Below are positions 34,311 to 43,373 of a DNA stretch of 59,331 nt, piece by piece. The position numbers and the translations under genes are program-made. Each line of letters opens with the position of its first letter. Positions within the stretch are counted from its first letter, which is position 1. The notes under the pieces were generated by a model, which was given only the letters and a program-made list of their open reading frames with translations, was not told where the DNA came from and made no database searches. Location of the stretch: NCBI GenBank assembly GCA_964413825.1, contig CAYPTS010000002.1, forward strand, positions 1 to 59,331, given 5' to 3'. Source of the DNA: an uncultured bacterium. Its GTDB lineage: Bacteria > Ratteibacteria > UBA8468 > B48-G9 > JAFGKM01.

Positions 34311-35211
34311 TGTCGTGGTACTCGGGCATGTGCTCAAGGAGCGTATTGTATTTGCCGATGGTAAAGAGGCGGGGCCGCTGCTTGGAGGACCCGCTTCATA
34401 TTCCGCGTCTGCGGCTGGCAGTCTGGGATTAAAGGTTGGTCTTGTTACGAAAATCGGGACTGACATGTCGGAGTGCCTGTTGAAGGTCTTTGAAGAGACA
34501 GGGGTGGATACAATGGGCGTAATGGTCGGGGAAAACACTACGACTAATCGTCTTGTTTACGATAAGGAAGGTGGGAAGAAACTGGAGTTTTTAAGCAGGG
34601 CGGAAGATATCCTTTTTGAGGATATCCCCCAGGCGTATCTCAACAGCAGGTTTTTTCTCGTAGCGGCTGTGAATTACGAAGTTTCGGAGACCCTGTTGAG
34701 CAGACTTTACGGGAAAGGCAGGAGATTGTCCATGGAACTGAGCGGTTTCGGCGGCGCTTCTTCACAGACAGGCAGGACGAAAGAAGAAAGAGTCAGGATA
34801 CTTTCCCGTATAGCCCGGTATTTTGAGATAGTGAAAGGCGGCAGGGAAGATTACGAACGCATATTTGACGAAAGTGCGGATATAGAGGAGAGTGCGGGGA
34901 AGTTTATAGGATGGGGGGCAAAAGTATCCGTAACCACGATGGGAGAAGCAGGCAGTATTATTACAACCAGGGACGACTGTATTCGCGTAGAGCCGGTTCC
35001 TGCCAGGTTTGCAGATGCTACGGGTGCCGGAGACGTATGGCATGCCGGGTTTTTAAGCGAATATCTTAAAAGCGGGGATATCATAAAGGCAGGGCAGTTT
35101 GCCTCCGCGGTCGCATCTTTGGTGATCGAGAAGACCGGCGGCGTGGTCAAAGAAAGGTTTCCTTCTCACGAACAGGTAAAACAGCGTATCAAATCTATCA
35201 TTTCCGGGTAG
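34288..35211 (+). CDS. PfkB-family carbohydrate kinase
   Basis: ..DATGAGDVWHAGFL.. and an N-terminal VVVLGHV. The real start may be 34303, overlapping the upstream stop. Confidence 0.85.
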   Translation: MAYMGMYDVVVLGHVLKERIVFADGKEAGPLLGGPASYSASAAGSLGLKVGLVTKIGTDMSECLLKVFEETGVDTMGVMVGENTTTNRLVYDKEGGKKLEFLSRAEDILFEDIPQAYLNSRFFLVAAVNYEVSETLLSRLYGKGRRLSMELSGFGGASSQTGRTKEERVRILSRIARYFEIVKGGREDYERIFDESADIEESAGKFIGWGAKVSVTTMGEAGSIITTRDDCIRVEPVPARFADATGAGDVWHAGFLSEYLKSGDIIKAGQFASAVASLVIEKTGGVVKERFPSHEQVKQRIKSIISG

Positions 35212-35361
35212 TATCTCCAAACTCATTCCGCGTGAAACAGAAGGCAATTTATCTGATATTTTTTATCATGGTATAATAGCACTTTAGTTGAAAAAGAAAC
35301 AGCGAAAATTGGCGGCGCATCAAAAAGACAGCAGAAAAATATTGAGTCACGGAGGTGGAAA

Positions 35362-36012
35362 ATGGACTTTTTTTTCGGAGGCAAGAGAAACAGGGTGCAC
35401 GAGAGAACGGAGAATTACCTGGACAAGATAAGGGAAACCGTCGAGATGTTCAGAAAGACAATTGAGAAGTATTTTGATACGGGTGTGTCGAGGGAGTTTA
35501 AGGAGATGATAGAGACGGTACATCTTTCCGAGTCAATGGCCGACGACATAAGAAGGGATATAGAACTGGAGATGTACCAGAAATCGCTTATCCCTGAATC
35601 GAGAGGTGACGTTCTCGGGCTCATCGAGTCGACGGATGCGGTGCTAAACAAGGCGCAGTCGGTGTTATATCAGATTGAAACCGAGTCTCTTGCAATTCCC
35701 GGAGAATTAAAGGAAGATTTCATGAAACTTATCAACAATAACATAGCCGCTTTTGAGAGTGCGATTGAAGGTTTCAGAATACTCTTTTCCAGTTTGAAAG
35801 ATGTCAGGGAAAAGGTGCAGGAGGTGGACAAAAGAGAAAGTTCTTCCGACAGGATGGAGAGGGACCTTATAAGGAAGATTTTTGCAGGCAATTATGACAT
35901 AGGGCAGAAAATACTTTTGAAGGACCTTATTATCGAGATAGGCAATATTTCCGACATGTCGGAAACGGTGACCGACAGGCTGAATATAGTTGCCGCCAAA
36001 AGATTGGTATAA
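35362..36012 (+). CDS. DUF47/TIGR00153 PhoU-like protein (PiT-associated)
   Basis: Helical, E/K-rich, with ..ESMADDIRRDIE... Immediately upstream of a PiT transporter, the usual pairing. Confidence 0.8.
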   Translation: MDFFFGGKRNRVHERTENYLDKIRETVEMFRKTIEKYFDTGVSREFKEMIETVHLSESMADDIRRDIELEMYQKSLIPESRGDVLGLIESTDAVLNKAQSVLYQIETESLAIPGELKEDFMKLINNNIAAFESAIEGFRILFSSLKDVREKVQEVDKRESSSDRMERDLIRKIFAGNYDIGQKILLKDLIIEIGNISDMSETVTDRLNIVAAKRLV

Positions 36013-36014
36013 AT

Positions 36015-36941
36015 ATGGATATAAGATTATTGGGCCCTTTGTATATGGGATGGGCGCTCGGTTCCAACGATTCCGCCAACATTTTCGGAACCGCGGTTTC
36101 GTCTTATATGGTGAAATACAGGACTGCGGTTATACTTGCCGCAGTCTTCGTTTTTGCCGGGGCGTTTTTCGGAGGCAGACCCGGGATGGAAACCCTTTCC
36201 GGCCTGACGATGCAGACAGGCAATACCGCTTTTATAATCTCTCTTGCCGCCGCAATAACGGTCACGTTTTTGGGAATTCTTAGGCTTCCGGCGTCCACCT
36301 CTCAGGCGGTAATCGGGGCAATAATGGGTATAGGCATTATCAACAGGTATGTGGAAACCGGGGGACTGTTAAAGATTTTTGCCTGCTGGGTTACCACTCC
36401 GGTAGGAGCGGCGTTGATAGCCGTATTTCTCTATGTAGTTGTGTCTAAAATTTTGAGAAAACAGGCGCTTCACTTTATCATCTATGACAAACTGATGAGA
36501 AATCTTATCATACTTTCAGGTGTGTACGGCGCTTATTCGCTCGGAGCGAACAACGTCGCAAACGTGACGGGCGTTTTCTATCAGGCAGGCACTCTTAACA
36601 TGCGCGGGGCATTGTTGCTCGGAGGGGCCGGGATTGCCCTGGGGGCATTGACATCAAACAGGGGAATAATGTCTACCGTCGGCAGGAGAATTATACCCGT
36701 AGATGCTTTCTCCGCGTTTATTTCAGTACTCGCCCATTCGGTTACACTGCATATCTATGCCCATATAGGCGTTCCGGTTTCATCTTCACAGGCAATCGTC
36801 GGAGCGGTGCTCGGTATCGGACTGTTTAAGGGCATGAAGACGGTTGACGGGAAAATGGTTCTCAGGATACTGTCCGGATGGTTTTTAACTCCCGTTCTGG
36901 CCGCTCTTTTTTGTCTTGCCCTTTACTACCTTTTAACCTGA
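36015..36941 (+). CDS. Inorganic phosphate transporter, PiT family
   Basis: GSNDSANIFGTAVSS and GANNVANVTG PHO4 motifs, multi-TM. Confidence 0.85.
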   Translation: MDIRLLGPLYMGWALGSNDSANIFGTAVSSYMVKYRTAVILAAVFVFAGAFFGGRPGMETLSGLTMQTGNTAFIISLAAAITVTFLGILRLPASTSQAVIGAIMGIGIINRYVETGGLLKIFACWVTTPVGAALIAVFLYVVVSKILRKQALHFIIYDKLMRNLIILSGVYGAYSLGANNVANVTGVFYQAGTLNMRGALLLGGAGIALGALTSNRGIMSTVGRRIIPVDAFSAFISVLAHSVTLHIYAHIGVPVSSSQAIVGAVLGIGLFKGMKTVDGKMVLRILSGWFLTPVLAALFCLALYYLLT

Positions 36942-37000
36942 CAACCCGTAAGGTGCGTACGCCGGTGTATGCTATAATATCTTAAAACAGGGGGATTTTA

Positions 37001-38116
37001 ATGGATATTTATTTCAACATGGGAGCGAAGGTTTATTTTGAAAAAGGCGGGTTGGAGAGATATCTGCCCGAGGTGAAAAACTACGGAAGAAAAGCCCTTG
37101 TTGTCAGCGGAAAACACTTTGTCTTCGACACCGGTCTTTACGACAGGATATCGAAGATACTTTCGGATACGGATATTACGCACGTTTCTTTTTCAGGGGT
37201 TAATCCCGAGCCGGACACTGATGACGTGGAGAAAGGCGCGCTGATGTGCGTAAAGGAAGGATGCGACTGCATCCTTGCCGTCGGCGGGGGCAGTGCGATG
37301 GATGCGGGCAAGGCGATAGCGGTGCTTGCCGCCAACGGTGGTTGTGTCAGGGACTATTTCGGCGAGGTCGAATATAAGAGAGAACCCCTGCCGGTTATTG
37401 CAGTGCCCACCACCTGCGGCACCGGAAGCGAGGTGACGAGGTTTGCCGTGATAGTGGACAGGGAAGAACGTACCAAGAAGACTGTGAGCAGTGAAAAAAT
37501 TATACCGAAGATGTCAATTCTCGATGCCGGTTTGCTGAAGACTCTTCCGCAAAAACTTGTAATGGCGACCGGCATGGATGCTTTTTCCCACAGTGCTGAA
37601 AGTTTCCTGTCCTCAAGAGCGGACTACCTGTCGAAACTGTTTGCGATAGACAGCCTCAGACTGCTTATGGAATCTCTCCCCGCGGCATATGAAAGACAGG
37701 AAGACATAGATGCAAGGGAAAAAGTTTTTCTCGCTTCCCTTCTCGCAGGGTTCGCGTTAAACCGGACGGGAACGATAATAGTTCACGGCATGGGCTATTC
37801 CCTGACGATAAAACACGGCGTTCATCACGGCACCGCCAATGCCGTGCTTCTTCCCTACGTGTTTGAATATCTGAAGAATAACGGATATAAAGAGGAAATG
37901 GAAGAACTTGAAGCAATCTGTGGAGATACGGGGAAACTAAAGGACTTTGTGAAGAGTCTGGGTTTGCCTGCAAGACTGAACGATGCCGGAGTTGAAGAAA
38001 GCGAGATGGACGAACTTGCGGATTTATCGGTTGCCGGAACGCAGAGGTCGCTGAAGAACATGAAGATAAGCATGGACAGGGAAGATTTTAAAAAAATTCT
38101 GAAAACTGCCCTGTAA
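37001..38116 (+). CDS. Iron-containing (group III) alcohol dehydrogenase
   Basis: AVGGGSAMDAGKAIAV, PTTCGTGSE and ..HG..HG.ANA... An extended -10 TGCTATAAT lies at 36970-36978 upstream. Confidence 0.88.
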   Translation: MDIYFNMGAKVYFEKGGLERYLPEVKNYGRKALVVSGKHFVFDTGLYDRISKILSDTDITHVSFSGVNPEPDTDDVEKGALMCVKEGCDCILAVGGGSAMDAGKAIAVLAANGGCVRDYFGEVEYKREPLPVIAVPTTCGTGSEVTRFAVIVDREERTKKTVSSEKIIPKMSILDAGLLKTLPQKLVMATGMDAFSHSAESFLSSRADYLSKLFAIDSLRLLMESLPAAYERQEDIDAREKVFLASLLAGFALNRTGTIIVHGMGYSLTIKHGVHHGTANAVLLPYVFEYLKNNGYKEEMEELEAICGDTGKLKDFVKSLGLPARLNDAGVEESEMDELADLSVAGTQRSLKNMKISMDREDFKKILKTAL

Positions 38117-38133
38117 CTGACCGGAGGTAAGCA

Positions 38134-38901
38134 ATGAAGGTGAAATTAACAGAGATGACGTTGAAGGAAGTAAGAGACGATGGTCCTTTCGAGGTTGCCG
38201 TTCTGCCATGGGGTGCCTGTGAACCGCACAACATGCACCTTCCTTACGGGTGCGATGCTCTGACCGGAGAAAAGATTGCGGAGATAAGCGCGGCAAAGGC
38301 TAAGGAAAAAGGCGCAAAGGTTATAGTATTGCCTGCCATGCCGGTAGGGGTCAATACAAATACCATGAAGTTTCCCATGACGCTGAACTTCTCGCCGTCG
38401 ACGCAGTTAAAAATGTTAAAAGACATTATAGAGGCGCTTGAAATCCACAAGGTGCGTAAACTTATCATACTGAATGCGCACGGGGGTAACGAATTTAAGT
38501 TTGTGTCGCGGGAACTGCATGGAAAAACCTCCGTACACATGTTCCTTTTGAACTGGTGGGAAGTGAGGAATGATATAGCCGCAGGAGTTTGCGATGATAC
38601 TTCCGGAGAGCACGGGCATGAAGCGGAGACTTCATGGTTTATGTATCTATATCCGGAGCTGGTACATCTTGAATGGGCTGACGACGGAAAGGTTAACGAG
38701 CCGGTGCTGGAAGGTTTGCGTAAGAAACAACTGTGGATAACAAGGCCTTGGCATCTTCTTACCACAAACGCGGGACACGGAAATCCGAAAAAAGCAACTC
38801 CGGAAAAAGGCAAAAAGATAGTGGACGGAGCGACAGACAGGATAGCCGACATTATAAAAGAACTTTCCGATGCCGGGATTAATGAACGGTTCCCTTACTG
38901 A
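38134..38901 (+). CDS. Creatininase-family amidohydrolase
   Basis: LPWGACEPHNMHLPYG.D and LNAHGGN. Confidence 0.8.
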   Translation: MKVKLTEMTLKEVRDDGPFEVAVLPWGACEPHNMHLPYGCDALTGEKIAEISAAKAKEKGAKVIVLPAMPVGVNTNTMKFPMTLNFSPSTQLKMLKDIIEALEIHKVRKLIILNAHGGNEFKFVSRELHGKTSVHMFLLNWWEVRNDIAAGVCDDTSGEHGHEAETSWFMYLYPELVHLEWADDGKVNEPVLEGLRKKQLWITRPWHLLTTNAGHGNPKKATPEKGKKIVDGATDRIADIIKELSDAGINERFPY

Positions 38902-38903
38902 CT

Positions 38904-39827
38904 ATGAAGACGATACATTTCAGCGAAATGGGAAAATCCATGGGCGAATTTGTTGCCGGCATAGGCAAGTTTGACGGAATTCACCTTGGGCACAGGACAA
39001 TCCTTGAAACAATCATGAGGGAATCTGACAAGACGGGCTGCATGCCCGCAGTTTTCACTTTCCGCAAATTTCCCGCGGAATTTTTTCTGACAGGATGGGA
39101 TGAAAAGTTATCTATGCTGGAAGAAGCCGGCATAAAAGTATGTTTCTGGTGCGACCTTGAAGATGTTATCCATTTGTCTCCGGAACAATTCCTTGACGTT
39201 CTTATTGCATCCGGGGTAAAGACGCTGGTGGTGGGATACGACTTCCATTTCGGGAAAGAGAGAAAGGGCAGTATAAGATTTCTGCGCGGGATGAAAGGAG
39301 AAAAAGGTTTTAACCTGACGGTGGTTCCTCCCCTGAAAGCAAACGGAGAGGTTGTTAACTCTTCGGACATCAGGATGTTTATCAAAAAAGGAGACGTGGC
39401 AAAGGCGAATGTCTTCCTCGGCAGGTATTTTTCGGTGGCGGGCAAGGTTGCGAAAGGAAGCAGTATAGGGAACACAATCGGCTTTCCCACCGCCAATCTT
39501 GCTCTTGAAAACGAGATACGCATAGGGGAGGGCGTTTACGCAGGATGGGCGGAATATAAAAAAAAGATTTACAAAGCGGCGGTAGTCACTGGCGTTTCTC
39601 CGACATTTGCCGACGGCATAAATAAATTTGAGGCGTTTCTCATCGGATTTGACGGAAGGGATATCTACGGCGAAACGCTGAAGATTTTTCTGCTGAAGAA
39701 AATACGCGGACAGATAAAATTTCCTGACAAAGAAAGTCTTAAAAAACGCATAGCCGCAGACGTGAAGGAAATAACCGCTGTTCTTGATACCGTACCTGTC
39801 CCTCATACCGTGAGTTCATCAATATAG
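38904..39827 (+). CDS. ribF: Bifunctional riboflavin kinase/FMN adenylyltransferase
   Basis: GKFDGIHLGHR, GFPTANL and ..E..L..F..D.YGE. Confidence 0.9.
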   Translation: MKTIHFSEMGKSMGEFVAGIGKFDGIHLGHRTILETIMRESDKTGCMPAVFTFRKFPAEFFLTGWDEKLSMLEEAGIKVCFWCDLEDVIHLSPEQFLDVLIASGVKTLVVGYDFHFGKERKGSIRFLRGMKGEKGFNLTVVPPLKANGEVVNSSDIRMFIKKGDVAKANVFLGRYFSVAGKVAKGSSIGNTIGFPTANLALENEIRIGEGVYAGWAEYKKKIYKAAVVTGVSPTFADGINKFEAFLIGFDGRDIYGETLKIFLLKKIRGQIKFPDKESLKKRIAADVKEITAVLDTVPVPHTVSSSI

Positions 39828-39862
39828 TTCGCTGTACTGTAACCTTGACCGCGAATAAGGCA

Positions 39863-40822
39863 TCAGTCTATTTTCTGGAGTTCCACGACAGGCTTCTGAT
39901 TTACCACGTTGAGCAGATAAGGAGGGAGGGCATCAGTTTGCAGAGGGCGTTCCCTGTACTGCACTATTATTTTATCTTTTTCTTCGGCGGTGTTTACAAC
40001 CACGTATTCCTTGTCCTGCGTCCTTGAGGGCACGGCGACAACCATCTTTTCGCTGAAGTCGACCTCGGGCAGGGGAAGAGACAGGTTCTGAACCGTATTT
40101 TGCGTGTGCCAGACAGCCGTCCATTCTCCCTTGTCGCGTATTACAATAGCGCCGGGAAGGTGTTTTGCGCTTTCCGTTTTCATTGGTGCCATTGCTTTTG
40201 ATTTCCTTGCCGCAGAGATATCTTCTGACGGTCCCACGTAAACGAGGGAAAGCGCTTCTTCCTTTTCGGTTACCTTTTCCGCAGGGATACCGGCAGGTTC
40301 CGATTTGTCCGCATCTGTTTCTTCATCCCGTTTTTCCTGTTCATCCGTCGCTTCAAGAAGTCCGTCGTCCATTCTTTCCCTTGCCGCATAAAGAGCGGGT
40401 TTTTCCGTTCGCGGCCCCCCTGTCGTTTGTTTCTCGTCAATGCTTGCGACAGCAGGATTTCTATATACTTGTTCTCCATGAGGCGGGAGATTTGCCGAGG
40501 GCGTATAGGTTTCTTTTAAACTGCCGAGTATCACAATGAATGCGACCGCCATGGCTGCCAGCGCGCCGAGAGCGGGGACGTAGAATTTTTTCAGGCCGGT
40601 TTTTGCGGGAGTCAGTTTTTCAAGTATTTCCCGTTCGAGATATGCAGGGGCTTCTACGGGCGGGGTTGCGGCTATTATGTCCCTTGTCTTCCGCATGCGC
40701 ACAAGGGTTTCCCTGCATTCTCCGCAATCCTTGAGATGGGATTCGAGCAAACCGGAAGTTTTTTCATCCAGTTGTCCGTCCATGTATAACGAAAGAATTT
40801 TTACATTCCCGTGAAGTTTCAT
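39863..40822 (-). CDS. Anti-sigma factor (zf-HC2), single TM, extracytoplasmic PrcB_C-like domain
   Basis: MDGQLD......LESHLKDCGECRE, a TM helix (..YVPALGALAAMAVAFIVILG..), and C-terminal ..WTAVWHTQ...LPLPEVDFSEKMVVAV.. ATGA overlap with the sigma factor stop. Confidence 0.7.
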   Translation of the reverse strand: MKLHGNVKILSLYMDGQLDEKTSGLLESHLKDCGECRETLVRMRKTRDIIAATPPVEAPAYLEREILEKLTPAKTGLKKFYVPALGALAAMAVAFIVILGSLKETYTPSANLPPHGEQVYRNPAVASIDEKQTTGGPRTEKPALYAARERMDDGLLEATDEQEKRDEETDADKSEPAGIPAEKVTEKEEALSLVYVGPSEDISAARKSKAMAPMKTESAKHLPGAIVIRDKGEWTAVWHTQNTVQNLSLPLPEVDFSEKMVVAVPSRTQDKEYVVVNTAEEKDKIIVQYRERPLQTDALPPYLLNVVNQKPVVELQKID

Positions 40823-41361
40823 TTTGTCAGTTCCTCCCTGAACGGCAGTATTTTTTCCGAGAGTTTCTGTCTTGCCCTCGCAAGCCGGGACTTCACCGTT
40901 CCTGCCCTGCACCTGAGAATTTCAGATATTTCTTCATAAGAATGCCCTTCCATGTCTCTAAGGATGATGATAGCCTTTTCCGCAGGAGTGAGACTGTTGA
41001 TGCATTCCATGATAATCTTTCTGTTGTTGCTTTTTCTGATATCTTCTTCGGGCGAACCGTTTTCAGGCGCCGGCACGTCTATTTCCTTTGTATTAAGGCC
41101 GAAAGAATACGAGGTGAAATTCTGGATTTTTCTCTTCCGGAGCGAGTTTTTCCATACATTGCAGGCGATGCGGTAGAGGTATGTGGAGATTTTGGAACGT
41201 CCTTCAAACCTGTCAAAAGAACGGTAAGCCCTCAGAAACGTTTCCTGGGTTATGTCGCACGCCTGGTGAAAATTACCGCATAACCCGTATGCCGCATTGA
41301 AAACACGGGGCATTTCCTGCTTTACTATATGTTCAAATTCCTCTCTTTTTCCAACAGGCAT
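40819..41361 (-). CDS. ECF (sigma-70 family, group IV) sigma factor
   Basis: Region 2 ..ACDITQETFLRAY.. and region 4 ..LRDMEGHSYEEISEILRCRAGTVKSRLARAR. Confidence 0.88.
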   Translation of the reverse strand: MPVGKREEFEHIVKQEMPRVFNAAYGLCGNFHQACDITQETFLRAYRSFDRFEGRSKISTYLYRIACNVWKNSLRKRKIQNFTSYSFGLNTKEIDVPAPENGSPEEDIRKSNNRKIIMECINSLTPAEKAIIILRDMEGHSYEEISEILRCRAGTVKSRLARARQKLSEKILPFREELTK

Positions 41362-41424
41362 ATATACCCTTTTGTTAATTAGACACGTAAACGGCGGAAA
41401 GGTTCCGTCTTTCCAAAAGGTGTT

Positions 41425-42690
41425 TTATTCAGGCAGGGGGAGTCCCGCATAGTCAAATGTTTCGGCCCTTCCTTTGAGTTTAAGCTTTATCACAGTTCCG
41501 TGTTTGTCCGGCGGTTGTGAAGGCATACCCGTAATGACAAGTTTTCCCTGTTCATGTTTAAACCGGAGTTTCTTGCCTGAGGCAAGTATTTCGGCGGACA
41601 GAACCCTGCTTCCTATCCCTGTAATGACCGCGGTGCTTCCCGGCCACCTGAATATGTGAAGATACGCGTTATTTCCCTTTGCCGTTGCCATGCCGAGCAT
41701 CCCGGCGCCCCAGAATCCGAACCCCGTAGCTTCCCACGCTGAACCTGAAGGGAGTCTTTCCGTTCCGTAAATTGCCTCGCCGTTTTTCTTCATCCATCTG
41801 CCGATTTCTTTCAGGCGCAAGGTCTCGTCCTTTCTTATGCCGCCGTCGGGTTTGGGGCCAATGTTGAGCAGGTAGTTGCCCCCGTTGCTTGCGCAGGTCA
41901 CGAGATTTTGTATAAGTTGCGTGGCCGGCTTCATGTTGGGATTGTTCTTTGTGTAGCCCCATCCGCAGAAATCTCCCATCGTCATGCAGGACTCCCAGTA
42001 CCTGCCTGCCTTGGACGCGTTGGTGTTCTGCTCGGGAGTATCCGTGTCTTCAGGCAGTCCCGCACGGTCGTTTATAATGATATGCGGCTGGAGTTTGCGT
42101 ACCATGCCGTTGAGTTTTTTGCTTTTCCATAGGACAGGAGTGTCTTTGTTGATGTCTGTTCCGGGTATCCATCCTCCGTCGTACCAGAGGATATCTATCT
42201 TGCCGTAGCTGGTCATAAGTTCCCTGACCTGTGAATGTGCCTGTTGAACCATTGCCTTAAAACTTTCGCGATAGTTCTTCCTGTTAAAATATCCGGGAAA
42301 GCGCCAGTCGAGAAGGCTGTAGTAAAGTCCCACGCGCATATTGTGTTTCCTGCATGCGGCGACGTATTCCTTCACAAAATCCCTTTTTGCGGCGGTTTTT
42401 ACCGACGTAAAATCGCTGACTTTTGAATCAAATAGGCAGAATCCGTCGTGGTGCCGGGTGGTCAGAATCATATATTTCATGCCGGTATTCTTTGCGGCCT
42501 TGACCCAGAGTTCAGGCGTGAAACTCTTCGGGGGATTGAATTTTTCCGCCAGTTTCGCGTATTCCGTACCGGGAATGCGTTCAACGAGTCTTGTCCATTC
42601 GCCTCTGCCGAGTACGGAGTACAGTCCCCAGTGTATAAACATCCCGAACTTCGCTTCCGTCCACCACTTCATCCGTTGTTCCTGGTTCAT
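41425..42690 (-). CDS. Alpha-L-fucosidase (GH29)
   Basis: W..AKFGMFIHWGLYSV, ..TTRHHDGF.LFDS.. and ..LWYDG.W. Confidence 0.9.
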   Translation of the reverse strand: MNQEQRMKWWTEAKFGMFIHWGLYSVLGRGEWTRLVERIPGTEYAKLAEKFNPPKSFTPELWVKAAKNTGMKYMILTTRHHDGFCLFDSKVSDFTSVKTAAKRDFVKEYVAACRKHNMRVGLYYSLLDWRFPGYFNRKNYRESFKAMVQQAHSQVRELMTSYGKIDILWYDGGWIPGTDINKDTPVLWKSKKLNGMVRKLQPHIIINDRAGLPEDTDTPEQNTNASKAGRYWESCMTMGDFCGWGYTKNNPNMKPATQLIQNLVTCASNGGNYLLNIGPKPDGGIRKDETLRLKEIGRWMKKNGEAIYGTERLPSGSAWEATGFGFWGAGMLGMATAKGNNAYLHIFRWPGSTAVITGIGSRVLSAEILASGKKLRFKHEQGKLVITGMPSQPPDKHGTVIKLKLKGRAETFDYAGLPLPE

Positions 42691-42791
42691 TTTAATCCCT
42701 CCAGTGTTTATAACCTGCCGTTTAACGCTTTAATATAATATAAAAAAGGGATATGTACAAAATAATTTGACTTGGAATGGCAAACAACTAA

Positions 42792-43100
42792 AATAGATTA
42801 GGATGCAATTTAAAGAAGAGAAAAACATGGCAGGGCATTATAAGCGAACCGTATACAGATTACAAGTCTATCGCAAGGAGATATAAAGACTGTTTCATAG
42901 CAGGGGAGGGGGACGTAAGGGTGTTGATGCGCAACGATGCCGCGGAGATAAGAAAAATGGTACTTGCAATGGTGGAGACGGCAAAGATGTCAAAGGGATA
43001 TATGATGTGCATAGGAAACCACATACCTTTTAACGTCCCCCCGGAAGCGGTTAAACTTTATTTTGACCTGTCCGCCGAACTTGCCTACCGTTCCGAGTAA
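42792..43100 (+). pseudogene. 3' remnant of a URO-D-like gene (no start codon or N-terminal two-thirds)
   Basis: The open frame with no upstream ATG reads ..YKSIARRYKDCFIAGEGDVRVLMRNDAAEIRKMVLAMVETAKMSKGYMMCIGNHIPFNVPPEAVKLYFDLSAE.., the typical C-terminal end of URO-D-like proteins. Hand translated. Confidence 0.45.
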
Positions 43101-43373
43101 GGTAACCGTCCGAACGCCTGGCGCTTTTCACCTTATCTTGCAACTGTGCTTGCGCACTCACACGTCAACTCTTTCCCTTTCTCTTCCACCGCTTATCATA
43201 TCCTTATATAGAATCTCAGCGTTAAATCGATAATTTGACTTGAAGAGAAAAATGAGTAAAATAAGGGAAGTATAAAAACTTCCAATTTAAAATCCTATAG
43301 AAGGAAGACATAAATCAGGGCCCTTCACTATGTGAAAGATACAGGTGAGGGTTCGGGACAAGGAGGAATTGCG

